Positions 57,684 through 58,697 of a stretch of 58,697 bases of DNA are shown piece after piece. Origin of the DNA: Candidatus Micrarchaeota archaeon. GTDB taxonomy: Archaea; Micrarchaeota; Micrarchaeia; Micrarchaeales; CABMGC01. Positions within the stretch are counted from its first letter, which is position 1, and each line of letters starts with the position of its first letter. A model generated the notes under the pieces. That model did no database searches and had not been told where the DNA came from. It saw nothing but the letters and a program-made list of their open reading frames with translations. The translations under genes and the position numbers were made by a program. The stretch lies in contig JAJYJW010000002.1 of the NCBI GenBank assembly GCA_021789155.1, forward strand, positions 1 through 58,697. Reading direction: 5' to 3'.

Positions 57684-58535
57684 TTGATGAGTAAGTTACA
57701 ATCCGCAATGGAATACCTCATGACTTACGGATGGGCAATACTCATCATTGCAGTAGTACTCGGGGCACTCTTCCAACTAGGAATCTTCAATGCGTCTACT
57801 TTTACACCCAAGGCGCCGCCAGGCGCTTGCCATGTGTTTCGTCCTAATGGACCGATGACTACATCGTTCATCAATCTTCAGGGAATATGCAATGGAGAAT
57901 TGCCGCAGTATGTTGGTGTATTTAGTGGAACAAACAGTTACATTAGCTTGGGTAATATCGCAGGCACCAATAATTACTGGTCGATAGCTTTTTGGACACG
58001 CACTTCTACGTTAAGTCCATTGGTACAATATCCGATTGGCTTCAATGGAATAGGGGGACATGCAGGAATCTTTATTGCAGATACAAACGATTGTGGACAG
58101 ACTGCTTGTATAGGAGTTTATGACGGTTTTTCAATTGTAGAAGGTAGTTCAACAGCCACAAATACTTGGTACAACGTGGCGGTTTCAAAGTCAGGGACTA
58201 CTTACAATCTTTACGTCAACGGGGCTTTTGTTAAATCAGGGACTATGACAAACCTTCCCCTTAACCAAGTATTCTTTGCATCTAGACCTGATGCTGCATT
58301 GCTCTTGCATGGCATGTTAGCAAATATGCAGATTTACAATTCAACCATATCTGCAAACGAAATCGGTGCTCTTTACAATGAAGGATTAGGGGGCGCACCA
58401 ATAGCTCTGAGTAGCCTTGTAGGGTGGTGGCCACTGAACGGCGATGCAAAGGACTATTCGGGCAACAATAATAACGGTGTACCCACTGGAATAAGTTTTA
58501 GCAGCAGTTGGCAACAGGGCTATTCTGCACCCTGA
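57684..58535 (+). CDS. pilin-like LamG-domain protein F
   Basis: Same architecture as E. Confidence 0.88.
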   Translation: MMSKLQSAMEYLMTYGWAILIIAVVLGALFQLGIFNASTFTPKAPPGACHVFRPNGPMTTSFINLQGICNGELPQYVGVFSGTNSYISLGNIAGTNNYWSIAFWTRTSTLSPLVQYPIGFNGIGGHAGIFIADTNDCGQTACIGVYDGFSIVEGSSTATNTWYNVAVSKSGTTYNLYVNGAFVKSGTMTNLPLNQVFFASRPDAALLLHGMLANMQIYNSTISANEIGALYNEGLGGAPIALSSLVGWWPLNGDAKDYSGNNNNGVPTGISFSSSWQQGYSAP

Positions 58536-58546
58536 TGTGATTATAG

Positions 58547-58697
58547 ATGAATAAAAGATTACAATCTGCGATGGAATACCTCATGACTTACGGATGGGCA
58601 ATACTCATCATTGCAGTAGTACTCGGGGCACTCTTCCAACTAGGAATCTTCAATGCGTCTACTTTTACACCCAAGGCGCCGCCAGGCGCTTGCCATG
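58547..58697 (+). CDS. pilin-like protein G, truncated by the window end
   Basis: MNKRLQSAMEYLMTYGWAILII...; 58571-58697 is identical to 57708-57834. Confidence 0.85.
   Translation, partial: MNKRLQSAMEYLMTYGWAILIIAVVLGALFQLGIFNASTFTPKAPPGACH

Noticed and set aside
50679..58697. Diversity-generating retroelement acting on the pilin-LamG genes
   Set aside because: There is no reverse transcriptase in the window, and repeat pairs are identical or differ at non-adenine-specific synonymous sites, so there is no TR/VR pattern.

Overview
This is an archaeal chromosomal window, most consistent with a DPANN lineage, probably Micrarchaeota. The assignment is an inference from uL16/L10e, Rpp21, GGGP synthase, archaeal DtdA, intron-containing tRNAs including tRNA-Ile(UAU), and an expansion of QSAMEYLMTYGWAILII pilins. 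1-21 kb is an AT-rich, orphan-rich accessory tract. It contains LRR, zincin, transglutaminase, NUDIX, kinase-like and Zn-finger ORFs, a 216-bp perfect intragenic duplication, and a 4.3-kb GC-richer cassette bounded by 53-bp direct repeats. It also carries a cluster of phased TTRG-N5-CYAA-N7 palindromes around a 517-bp gap between converging genes. 22-50 kb is mostly housekeeping and metabolic: a mycobacterial-Sdh1-like succinate dehydrogenase operon, MFS, F420-dependent NADP reductase, purB, three tRNAs, a pilus ATPase, a nickel superoxide dismutase sodN-sodX pair, RNase Z and TruD. 50.7 kb to the end is the strongest candidate for a new system: two oppositely oriented arrays of pilin-LamG adhesin genes. 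Their conserved 5' and 3' ends share near-perfect, mosaic DNA blocks, while the central lectin-like cores are highly divergent, which suggests recombinational cassette shuffling or inversion. All calls are by eye from motifs; no database searches were run.
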